From assembly GCA_040285855.1 (NCBI GenBank), contig JAUFOQ010000002.1, positions 2,108,001 through 2,172,000 on the forward strand: a stretch of DNA of 64,000 nucleotides, given 5' to 3'. Under the pieces are notes generated by a model. That model searched no databases and was not told where the DNA came from. It saw nothing but the letters and a program-made list of their open reading frames with translations. The DNA is from Eukaryota sp. GEM-RC1 (lineage: Eukaryota). Shown here piece by piece: positions 52,811-64,000 of the stretch (its first letter is position 1; the number at the start of each line of letters is the position of its first letter). The translations under genes were made by a program, and so were the position numbers.

Positions 52811-53049
52811 GACTTTGTCAAGATCTTTTATTGTGGTATGTTAATTAGTATGATTCTCAAGTTTATTCTAATGACTTATGACTAAACAACATTTGTTTCA
52901 AATAATCATCAAAAAGTTCAGATCTATTTCTTTTTATGAAAAAACTTAACATTATCTTGATGTCTAATGCTTCCGGACAATTCATCAAAAGTTTAAATGT
53001 AATTTTTTCCATGACTGTGATTCGAATTTGAAATTTAAAAGATCAAGTA

Positions 53050-53607
53050 CATGTGTTTCAGTCAGACTTGACAATTGGTGCTAGTTGCCAACAATTACAA
53101 CATAACAACCTGAAGCCCACCAAATGGTAATTGAGACTTCAATAAATCTTTAAATATATCCGAGGCTCTGTTGAATAATTCAGTAATCAACATTGGAATT
53201 TCATCAATTACAAACATTGAATTTCTGGCATTAATAGATCTTAAAATAGATTTAACACTCGAAGGCATTGAGCGAATGACATCAGATATTGGTTTTTCAT
53301 TACGGATAAAATTATAACCAAATAGAGAGTGTAGGGTTTGACCACCAAAGACAGTTGAAGCAACACCAGTAGTAGCAGTAAAAAACACATGGCCATTCGG
53401 TCTCATTAGCTTGGAACCCGCATTAGACCACCACTGTTTAAGACAGTACAGTGGGTAAGACTTGCCCGATCCGGCACCACCAGTAATGAAGAAATTCTGA
53501 CGCTTAGAAGGTCTAGCATGAGTAGTAGCTTGGAAGACTTGAGATTGGTCGTCTGTAAGTGTGTTGATCACCCTTAGAGATAGAGCTTGATGGTTGATCC
53601 TAATCAT
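53050..53607 (-). pseudogene. PIF1-family helicase fragment (possibly Helitron/TE-derived)
   Basis: LTDDQ, FFITGGAGSGKS, TATTGVAS..GGQTLHSLFG, VIDEIPM and PFGGLQVVML, then stop codons where the GD..QL motif is expected. Confidence 0.8.
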
Positions 53608-54261
53608 TTCTGATAGTCAAAAGGGTTGTTACATGTCTACGAAATGTTTTACCCTATTACCATCACGCTAATTGTGTTGGCATCTCTTTTCGTATATGAT
53701 ACCTGAAAAGATCTAACCATGCCGTTTATTTATCGACTTGCTCGGTCATCAACTATAGTAGAGTGCAACTGTTTATTTGAAGAACTAAATCAAGAATCTT
53801 CATTCACTGCTGCCTATATCTCCAGAGTTGAACCAGAATTTTGGGTAATCGAAGAAGAATTGTATGAGGTGTTCCACAGAGGAAAGATGATTAGAATCAA
53901 CATTAGTGAAAGCTATTCCGATAGCGACTGTCAATGTTGAAAAAGGGACGGATTCCATGTGTCTGTCCTACGTATATTCAGACCTGGGGGACAAAATTAC
54001 CGGTAGTGAATAAAAATATATGTGTATGACTCATTGTTTCTGGGTGACGTGATCATTTTTAACTGAAAAGTTTAGTAGATTCTTACTACTAGTATTTGTA
54101 ATCTCATATTATCCATATAAAGAGTAGACAAACTTCATCTTCTGTATGACTGAGAAAATCGAACCAAAACTTATCACTTTTACTAAATATTTGAGAGTGA
54201 TACTTTGCAGAACTCCAAAATGATATGAAGAACTCTTAAATTGATAATCCAGGGTTCAAGG

Positions 54262-54895
54262 CATAGTTGGGAAATACACTTTTTTGTATTATTTGTATTT
54301 TTATATTTTTCTGTATTTTTTAACTTCGGTTTTAAGTCTTGTTTTTGTATTTTTTGTATTTTTTCCAGAAAGTTTATTTTGACTACTCAAGTGGTCAAAA
54401 GCCTCGAATATGCATGTTTCAGTTATCAAAATAACTAATCAACCCATAAATCAGTAACGTTAAGCTATGAATCTACTTAACAATCACAACATTCATAGTA
54501 TTCTTCTGTGAAACACATTGTTTCTGTGTCTAGTACCTTTGAATTGGTCGTCAAATAGATGAACCAATTAATTAAGATTGTTTTATAATTGAGACGTGAT
54601 CAAAATACGCAATCAACGACACCAAATTTTAGATGATGAAAGTTCCAGATACACTTTGCAAATGGTAAACACTCAATGTTAGTGGTAATTCAGAATGTAG
54701 AATCTGATCATGTCTCAGGATTAAGAGCTAATCGAAATTGACATTGATTGGTGACATTAACTGGTAATTCTAATATTTCAACAAAAATTTCAACAAGAAA
54801 ATAACAAAATATTATTATGTTAGAAATTTGTATTTTTGTGTATTTTTGTATTTTTGTGTATTTTATTTTCGGAGAAGGTGTATTTCCCAACTATG
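54262..54895. mobile_element. hAT-like MITE, 634 bp, 8-bp TSD
   Basis: 18-bp TIR CATAGTTGGGAAATACAC / GTGTATTTCCCAACTATG. TSD GTTCAAGG at 54254-54261 and 54896-54903. Confidence 0.92.
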
Positions 54896-55106
54896 GTTCA
54901 AGGAATAACAGTAACTCTATCAAATTCCTGACCCAACAACTGGGCACTTAAACCAAGATCTTGTTGGTTTTCAAATGTACAATTTATTCAGGATCAAAAA
55001 TTGACACAATACGTGTGTAACAGTGTGTGTTTCGAGTATTTTAAAAAAACCACAGTTCAAAAATTCCAAAAAAAAGTGTTAACAACAATTTCCTTATAAA
55101 AAACAC

Positions 55107-57105
55107 CTACAGTTGTTTCATAGTACTAATAACACAATTCACTGGTGTTTTCAATGAAGGATGTAGAGTATTCATTGTAGAACTAGCAGCCGCAAAGTTA
55201 CCTTGAGCCAATTTATCAACACAAGAATTAAATCTCTCAGCAAAATCAGTTCGGATATTTCGAGCGTTTAGCTCACATAGAAGATCAACAACCTTTACAA
55301 CAACCAAGTCTATTCTAGATAGTTTAGGCTTGGGCAAAGGACGATCGGACAAAGAAGAAATCACTTGAATCAGCTTTGTAACTCCAGGACGGAAGTTGTC
55401 CAAAATATTGGAAACGTCAACTGATTGCATTGCGTCCCTTGGTTTAGAATAAGCCTCAATTACCTTCGACTGGCTAGGGGGTGATTGGACCTGGACGCGT
55501 ATAGGGGGTTGCATTTGGGAGTGCATGGGATGTATCTGATGTTGAACGGGGGGCTGTATCTGGGTGTGGAGGAGGGGCTGTACCCGGGGTTGCACAAGAA
55601 GTGGCGCAAATACGGTAGATGGGTCAGTAGGAGCCACAATACGAAAGCTTTCTTCAGGTCTGGGGATTGAACGTACAGGCGAATTCCATAAGGAACCATA
55701 ATCTCCACAGTCAGAGTCAGCGACGGGAACATCCTTAGATTTTGTAGTTTGTAATCGAGAAAAGTCTTTCACAGTCTCTGAATGTTGTGATTTTAAAGCA
55801 TTAATTTCTGATACTAAACCAGATATTTTCACAAATACATCAGAGTTGTTTGTCTCTAGTTGACAAAATAGTTGCTTTAAAGAGCTATTTTTAGCCTGTA
55901 AGTCAGAGATGGTTTGATGATAATAGCGTTCCTTTTCCTTAAAACTCGCATTAAAATCTTCTTTTAAGTGGCGATTTTCAGTCTCCAAATTGGAAATTTT
56001 CCGATTCAAAGAATCCACTGTTTCCTGAAACCTCTTCTTTGTGATTGAAATGTTCTGGTTTTGTAGTAGCAATTTAGAATTCTCTTTTCTTAAAGACTCA
56101 TTTTCGACAATCAAAAATGAGTGGTCAAAATTACTGATAATATCATCCAAAACATGAATATTATTCAAAACCGTGGACACTTCACTAATTGTTGGCCGGA
56201 ATGCAGGATCCGGATTCAAACATTTCAATATTATTGTCTTTAGATCAACATGCGTTGATCGCCTAAAAGGTAATGGCTTGCCTCCACGTTTGGCGTCCAC
56301 AATTGAAAAAAGATCTTCTTCTCCAAATGCCATCTTGTTTTCAAATAGTTCATAAAGACAAACTCCAAGTGAATAAATATCACATAAGGGAGAAAGAACC
56401 TTTTGGAATTGTTCAGGGGCTGCATAACTGTAGGAAATGGCAAAGTCACGAGTTACTGTTGTTGTAGCGGCAAGGTTTTTAGAGGTGCCAAAATCAGCAA
56501 CTCTAACGTGATCATCGACCAGGAGAATGTTTGCCGGTTTTAGATCACCATGAATCACGGACTTTAGGTGGAGGAATTTCACTGCTTGGCACAACTCTTT
56601 GGCATATCTCAGAGTTGATGACGTGAGAGAGTTTGGGGAGGGGGAGGGAAGAAGAAGCCTTTTCCATCACGATCCCAATAGTGTCTGAAAAGAAGGAGAT
56701 TCCAAAGACACGTAGAATGGACGGATGGTTTAAGTTGATCAGGAGGTTCAGCTCTCGTTGAAGACGGATCCTTCCTGGCTCTGTAAGAGACACCATTTTA
56801 ACAGCAACAGGGAGACCAGACCACTCAGCAGCGTAAATAACTGCAAAACCTCCTTCTGCGATCTTGTTTTTGAGAACGATCTGATCTGATGGAATTTGAG
56901 GACATAGATCACCATCTCGGGCAGCTTTGACCAAATCTTGCAAGGCGAAGTTCACCTTTTTCTCAATGGGACAGCTGATCCGGCAAAGAGGGCACTTATT
57001 CAGTACCTCTGAACATCTAGAGCAAGCAGTATGTCCTTCGTTACAAATTAGGATGGGGAGTCGGTCAGAGAGATTGAAAGACTCACAACAAACGAAGCAA
57101 TCCAT
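55107..57105 (-). CDS. RING + TKL-like kinase + coiled coil + Pro/Gln linker + helical C-terminal domain (Sec31/SRA1-like); indel in the G-runs at ~56640
   Basis: CFVC..CNEGHTACSRC..CPLC. The kinase is highly similar to that of 46625-48249, but the C-terminus is unrelated. Confidence 0.88.
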
Positions 57106-57160
57106 AATCAATGTTGTGTGGGAAGTTGTCAATTTAGTCCATCTAGATGTCAGCCTACAT

Positions 57161-57622
57161 CAGTGTTTGAAAACCACCCGGGTGCCACCCAGTGCCACCC
57201 ACCACCCGGGTGGCGTCAGGGTGGTACTGGGTGGATAATTTTGGTCTTACCATCATCTTCAATCCATGACTTCCTGAATACATACTTCGTTGTTCAACGT
57301 GTCCTGAATACAATTATTTTAACGGGAGTTATTTCTAGCCTCGGAGAGGCTAATATCATCTTATTTATTTATTTTTCAGAGGGTTTTTCTAATCCCAAAC
57401 CTAAACAAAGTACTTCATTGTTAGTTATTTTATATCACACACTGCTAAAGTACTTTCAGTTTCATTGTATATGGTGTATAAAGTAGATTTTGCACCAAAA
57501 CTTATGTCTCGTACTTTATTGCCACCCGGTGACCACCCGGGTGGAAATGAAAACTCACCCGGACGCCACCCGGTTCCACCCACCACCCGGGTGGCGTCCG
57601 GGTGGAAAATTTTCGAACACTG
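57161..57622. mobile_element. hAT-like MITE, 462 bp, 8-bp TSD, GC-rich CCACCCGG subterminal repeats
   Basis: CAGTGTTTGAAAA / TTTTCGAACACTG. TSD GCCTACAT at 57153-57160 and 57623-57630. Confidence 0.9.
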
Positions 57623-57630
57623 GCCTACAT

Positions 57631-58252
57631 ACTACACCGATTGTTTCAATTAGTGTCACTGAGACTAATACCGTACGTCATTTTCACTGGTCACATATCG
57701 GAATTAGTCTCACTGAGAGTAATTGCAAATAGTCTCACTGAGACTAATTATGTCGCACTTGTACTAGTATTACTAGTAGTCTCACTAAATTTGTATAAAC
57801 ATGTCATCATTTTTCTTTCAAACACCTTCCCCTAATTCAAGTTACCACTCTCTATAACAAATAAACTCTGCCCTTGGTCCATCTTTTGTTTCGTCACGTC
57901 TTCTTGAAGATCAACGATCAACTTATATTCATGCCAAACTCCAGTCTAATCTCCAGTAGGATTTTGGAAGACACCCTGAGCCTTGAAGCTACGAATGAAG
58001 CTATTAATATTGATTTAGATTGGTGAGAGGGGAATCATAAGGTTAAGTAGGGTTTTAAGTTGATCCTATCAGTAAAAAAGTTCTTCTAACTGTAAAAGCT
58101 CAATCAATCTCAATCAATCATTTGTTTGTTACATCTTTCTCGTTAAAAAGAGCAGAAGAATTATTTTGGAGGTCAAAATTGAAACTCTCATATTGGAATT
58201 AATCTCACTGAGACTATTTTCTAGTGAGACTAATTGAAAGAATCGGTGTAGT
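57631..58252. mobile_element. TIR element with ACTACAC termini and 2-bp TSD (AT), related to 48303-49043
   Basis: ACTACACCGATTGTTTCAATTAGT / ACTAATTGAAAGAATCGGTGTAGT. Repeated TAGTCTCACTGAGACTA palindromes. Confidence 0.82.
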
Positions 58253-59167
58253 ATATCTACATCTAGATGCATATGAACTGTATTAATATCTTCTAGTTGT
58301 TCTACATGTTGTCCAAGTCCAGGTAGTACGATTGAATGTTTAGCTTACTAGTTCAATCTCATAAATTTGACTTTCTTTAAACGGAATCCAAATACTAGTA
58401 TGTAGAAGTGAAGGTACATGTAGTTCAGTTACTGAAAGTGTTAGAACTATTACCAGACAAATTAGAAAAACAGACCGTTGATCTAAGTACAGAATCGTAT
58501 TGCATTCATAAAAGTAAACTTAATCCAATCAAACGGTAATGGTTAAATGACAACTGACTTTCAACTATCACATACTGGTCTTTTTCCCAATGGCTGATAA
58601 CTGCTGAACCTACAGGAATTAGTGTTAACAACAACAATTCTTCATTAAAAATACTTTGACAACACATTTTGTAATCTTTAAGAATTCAGTAGAACAACCC
58701 AGTTATGAATATTGCCTTAAACAAAAAAAAGAAACAATTGGCTTTCTGCTGAAAGTCTTAGCCAAAGCACATCGTTACTTTCAATATTTTTCTACACCAT
58801 GTATATTCGGCCCAGCTTTTCTCAAAGAGAAGATCACCAGGGAAAACAAACGGTTGGATCATATTTTAGGAATGATCGCAAAAACAGTTGGAAGATCTTC
58901 TATATAACTGCCAGATCAGTACACCAACAATAAAAAACATTCAAATATCTAGAGCAAAAATCAGTAACGAACATCTTCAAAAAATCATTTTATAATAGTC
59001 AAACAGTTTCCATATAGAAAGTTTCCTATTATACAAAACAAATCAAACAATCAAATACAAGACCAGAAAAACCAAAACGGCACAATATTCAATGTAGAAA
59101 ACACTACAACAACAATAGAAGAAGAATAAATTCACTCAAAAACAAAGCAGAGATCAATAAACTACAT

Positions 59168-59846
59168 CTACATCTTTCTTTTCTTTTTCTCCTGAACCTC
59201 TAAAACTGGGTTTCGATAACCACTTGTTCTCTTTTTCCCGCACTGCATTGATGACGTGGCATTGGTCACAGTCTGACATAGACTCTGAGTATTAGAACCA
59301 GAAGAGAACTGGGATAGTGACTTGAGAGGAATTGCCAAGAGATCATTAATAGAAGTCATATCATTTGCTCCGTAGCAAGGATCTACTGGTGGAGGAACAT
59401 CGAAAGTAAGCGTGGCTGATTGGGAAGACCTATACGATCACATAAAGTAGTAAGATCGTGATATGGATGACCGTGTTTAAACCAATTGCAATGACTGTCT
59501 TTGAACCGAGAATACTCCCTAGTTGAAGAGAGAAGGAAGAAAGAGCGATAAGGAAAGTGTTCGAATGGAAGGCCAGACTAGGGATGTGGGAAATTAAGGT
59601 GATGGGCTTCACGTCTTTGGCAACGATACAGCAGTGTAGTTGCTTGTTTTCCATTGCTCGGCTAACTGCATTGAGTCCAACGATAAGAAAAGAGTCTTGA
59701 TTTCGAGACTGTCTAGGAGTTTTTAAGAAGTTAGAAAAGTGTGATACAAGCAATGTAGATACCACAGAATGACATGCTTCATCTACAGAAGGCCAGTGTG
59801 AGCTAAAAGGAGACTTGAGGACAGCCTTGGTAGCATTTCTTCCCAT
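59168..59846 (-). CDS. L7Ae-family protein, probably RNase P/MRP subunit Rpp38/Pop3-like; 3' structure unresolved
   Basis: LKSPF..WP and LIVGLNAVSRAME..IVAKDVKPITLISHIPSL..LGSILGSKTVIAIGL. The downstream ORF 59168-59359, ending KKKRKM, is probably the C-terminus. Confidence 0.7.
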
Positions 59847-62800
59847 TTTTAGAGATCATTTTTTCTGATTCATCAGATTGTTCTGCTCCCACTTCTTTCT
59901 CTTCTCCGTACTATCTCCAGTGAACGCACTTCAAACTGAATTGGACTCTTATAGTTTGTTGGCTTCTGATTGAGTTGTTTCCGGCTTGGATTCAATATAT
60001 TGATGGAAATGGCCTTTGGTCAAATACTGTTGATGAAAGTACAACGAATTTACTACATATATAGATTAGAATCGGTGATATCGGTTGATTCTACAAATCC
60101 CAACCCTTTGATCTATTAGAACAATCAACCTCTTCTTAATAACTGCTTCTAGCTACTTACTTCTTTCAACATGGCTAGTTTTTGAAATTTAATTATTCTT
60201 AATTGGGTAGAGATTCAAAACTTGAGTTTCTGCGCACACACAATTGTGAAACAGGCTGGTTAGCGTACCTGCGAATACTCTAGCTTACCATGCTTACCGG
60301 AACCTTGATGATGTATGAAAAAATGGTTTTTTAAATGAGGATCACTTTCTGGTTCTACTTGTTCTAGATTGTTTGAAGAAGAAGAATCTCTAGTATTCAT
60401 TGAAATGAATACATATAGTCAAAAGTCGATACTGTTGTAATGGGAGAGGTAGTTTTCAAGTTCAGTGGCACTTAAGTGCGAGCTGCCGAGTGATCAAGTT
60501 GCAGATTGTAGGTCATGAGTGCGCTGGTAACTCTTCTGTGAAGAGCTGACAGTTTAGAAGTCATTTAAGAAGTATTAACGGTTGGCAGTACTACATTTTG
60601 TAGTTGTACATTATTAATGGTGAAAAAAGGAAGCAAAGAATGTGGAACAACAGTAACATCTTCGTCGATCTTTCTGCAGCTCGTTGCAACTGCAAACCAA
60701 GCATTTTAACGTGGTAACCCTTCAAGTGTGTTAACTGTTGTTGTGAACCGTCTGTAGTCAAAATCTTCTACATGTTTCTATAAGGGAGGTAAAATAGATG
60801 TTACATTGTGGCTTCTTAAAGTACATCAATTTGTTTAATCAATGTGGATAAAGAATTAGGTCTTCTTACAATTCGCTGAATGGTTCTAAGCTCTAACATC
60901 TTGGCAGCTATTAATTCACGATACAGTGAAACACAACAACGAATTGAGACAACTACAGTAAACATACTAGTACTATAATGATGAAGAATGAATAAATGAT
61001 GTTAGTTATTTACCTTTATTTCATTTAGATTTTACTTTTACCTTCCAACATAAACCTATGTACCAACAAAACTTTAATACTAGTTGGGTAAAGTCAACAA
61101 TTATGCTAATTTGTAATGCCCACAAATTTGATCATACCTGGGCATAGTGATGGGCATTAGACCAGACCAACCGACCAGACTACAGACCTCAAAAGTTTGG
61201 TCTGCAGTTCATTCATGTTTGTTTTAGTTTTACGAATACATCACTAAAAAACATAACACATGTTTTCCACTTCCACTTCGGTACTTCCATTTTTAGATTT
61301 TGAAAACCCATTACACCAAGGAGATAATCAATTACAGAATATGATTACCTGGTTTTGCTATAAAATTACACAACTTCCTTTTACATGATGTCAGCCCAGT
61401 TATATAGAGTTGTCTACATAGCGCTGTACACAGAGGCATCTGCGGAAAGATAGAAGAAGAAAAAAGTTGTCATACGACCATACCTGGGCATGACAACAAA
61501 TTGAATTCTGTCATGACGTCAGGACACTCCATGACATGACAACATGACAAGTAACCACTATTTCCTATATTGAATGATAGTTATTCAACAATAATCTACA
61601 TGTATGAATACTCTGTTTCTTCTTCATTTCCACAACTTTTTCAGTTCATTTACCGTTAAAAACCTCACTGAATAATCATTTTGCACCACGAGTTTGTGGT
61701 TCATTTGTTGTGACATAATTACATCATCATCATTTTATATGTCACCTAAACTAAAGATTTTGCTTATAAACAAGGAATATCAGATAATGTCAGAATGGAA
61801 CTGTATTATGTAGGAGAGGTTGTTTGGAAAATGTCAGGCGACATTAGATTTATTTGTTTAAGGTGTATTCGCAGCAATTAATTAGCATTAAATGATATGT
61901 CATAATCATACTTGTGGATCACAAACACATGTGATCACACTGGCCTGTTTTCCGTGATCACACTACTTGTGATTCAGTTGTGATTGTAATATAAGTGAAA
62001 TCGTTTATATAATACATGTAAAGATCTATGGTAAATCTAGACGACTTTTAGATGTTGGTTAACACACTAACTGCTGTTAAGAAGCCACATTTGACTCTCG
62101 ACAATGCCATCATTTAAATAAGTGTTCCAACGACCAGTTTAAACAAAGAATGGACTGTACTACGAACCGTTGTACAACTACTGGGAGATTCTGGAATTCA
62201 TTACACTTATGAAACTTAAAATTCAATTTGCAGAAGAATTCTAATTTACCAAAGTGTGACTGGCCTCTTTACAAGTTTTGTAGGGTGCTTCTTACTGATT
62301 CGGTGCACAAATCTTAATGATTCTGAAATTTTTGCGTTGTCTGTCCATATCAATGGTACTGTCTATATCAATGGTATTCCGTTGGTAAAGATCTTTATTC
62401 GCAGTTGAATCAAATTGATACATTCAGGTAGTAAGAGAAAGAAAAAAGATGTTCATATAAATGATTTAACCAGATTTTGTAACTAAACTAATAAGTTATT
62501 AGCACAGTAACAGCTTTGGTTAACAAATTAGCACAGAGTCGCAGGTTATACTGAATCAGCCTATAAAAACGAAAGAAATTCGTCATCAATACATTTTCAG
62601 TCGCGAAAGAGAGGGTTAAGACATGACCAACGACCCAAAACAAAGATGGTGGAACACATTGATATGATCTCAAAACGGTGAAATATTTCGTGTTCACAAT
62701 AACAAGAACTATTGTTAAGTATCAGTTCATTGTACAATGTGTTGCCGGAATGGGTAGACATAACAAGGGGGGAAAGGATAATATTACAGTCAGGATCCTG

Positions 62801-63418
62801 TAATTTCAAGGTCTCAAAATGTTACACCCTTCCGATACCTCTAACATCAACTTTTCTCTATTATAACTGCTATCAGCCACTAGAACTACGTAAGTGCATC
62901 TTCTGAAATGTTGATATGAGTCTGCATGGACTTTCCTGTTTTCGAGCCTTTAGTGTTCTGATAGTTATCTAAGTACGTTCTAGCTATGCTGATGATTGAT
63001 AGAGTCAGTTTGATGTTACTATGTGTGTCATAAATCGTGTTTTTGCGTTTGCCTGCGTTTCAACTGGTGGATTCTTCCACTCACTTACATCCCAAAATGA
63101 ATAACCATACAGCACAAACGTCTTCTTCGTTGTTGTGGTAGTACTGTTGGTTACTCGTTTCCGCAAATCTTGCTGAACGTGGTCTGAAACATGCAAAACT
63201 CAGCTCTACACGTTACGTTGATGAAGTCCACGGAAAAAACATCATTGACACCCTTGTGGACGACAAGATCAACGAGAAATGAACACGTATCGAATCAGTG
63301 CGATCCATGTGAAGGACTAAGCAATGCAATGAAGAATTGGTGTTTTATTAGGTTATACAGAGACTACAGAGTGTAACATGAGTGAAAGTAGTTGAGAAGA
63401 TAGAGAGATCCTATAAAT

Positions 63419-64000
63419 CAGGGCCTACGGAAAAATATTTGTATTTAAATATTTACAATAAAATACGATATTTTATGTATTTTTTCAAGTTGGTTTTCTC
63501 CATTATTTATTTTATGAAAACAGAAAATAACAAATTATTTTTATATTTTTTGCTCTCTCACTGGACAACCTATGAAGGTGAAAACTGCAACATGTTGCAG
63601 TCCGTCATATTAGCAACTCAGTACGGTCTTTATCATGTACTGAGACTAGATACAGAACTCATTGCAGTAGAGAAGCGTACACTTACTAAACTATGTTTGA
63701 TTGGATTTTTAAACTGTCTCTTTGAATTGAGCAAGAATATGAGATGATGTAGTGGCTTTGTTGTAAATATTGATGATATTCTGTATTTGTAACTGTGTAC
63801 AAAATACATGGCATTTTTCCTTTCTGGGCTTGACAAAGTTCATTCCCCTATCGCAATAGAGCGAGACCAAACTGGTTTAAAACGTTCTACTCTTCGTAAC
63901 ACAAAACCGCTAATACCGTGGTATTAATTGTATTCTTCCAACCCTTAAACATTCCAAATATGTGAAAATGTGCTTGCTGTTGTTCGGTAACTATTGAAAA
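63419..64000. mobile_element. Diverged inverted copy of the 7794-8664 MITE, truncated by the window end
   Basis: Starts CAGGGCCTACGGAAAAATAT and follows the reverse complement of ~8664 back to ~8090. Confidence 0.9.

Noticed and set aside
57170..57610. CCACCCGG repeats as a CRISPR array or coding repeat
   Set aside because: Irregular spacing, both orientations, and enclosed by TIRs and an 8-bp TSD; these are transposon subterminal repeats.
59430..59472. 42-nt intron in the L7Ae/Rpp38-like gene
   Set aside because: It does not match the local splice consensus and does not join the downstream ORF in frame; left unresolved.
61080..62000. CATACCTGGGCAT ends and GTGATCAC repeats as further TIR elements
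   Set aside because: I could not pair the ends or find TSDs; probably nested fragments.
62400..63400. Short ORFs as a decayed transposase or gene
   Set aside because: No family motif could be supported.

Overview
AT-rich eukaryotic (flagellated protist) genomic DNA. The exact lineage cannot be fixed from the sequence. Housekeeping genes are RRP4, alpha-tubulin, SEY1/RHD3, IFT57, an L7Ae/Rpp38-like gene, a two-domain saposin and an APD1-like membrane protein. They sit among many non-autonomous TIR elements with intact target-site duplications and decayed retroelement and PIF1 fragments. Four tiny introns (29-33 nt) can be reconstructed, all with a fixed branch-point-to-3'-splice-site spacing. 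Most other ORF breaks are single-base indels, usually in homopolymer runs, and are probably assembly errors. The standout locus is 9129-17256. It holds a ~1700-aa fusion of SAM-like, NUDIX, PARP-like mono-ADP-ribosyltransferase, DEAH helicase, two KH-like and CCA/poly(A)-polymerase-like nucleotidyltransferase domains. Next to it, in the same orientation, is a tandem-WWE gene carrying a paralogous nucleotidyltransferase. Together they form a candidate ADP-ribosylation-coupled RNA end-modification (possibly antiviral) module; the function is inference. A five-copy array of a degenerate PIN/FAM120-Asteroid-like gene follows, apparently expanded by unequal crossing-over. Three RING-kinase paralogs carry swapped C-terminal domains (ubiquitin, SPRY-like, Sec31/SRA1-like).
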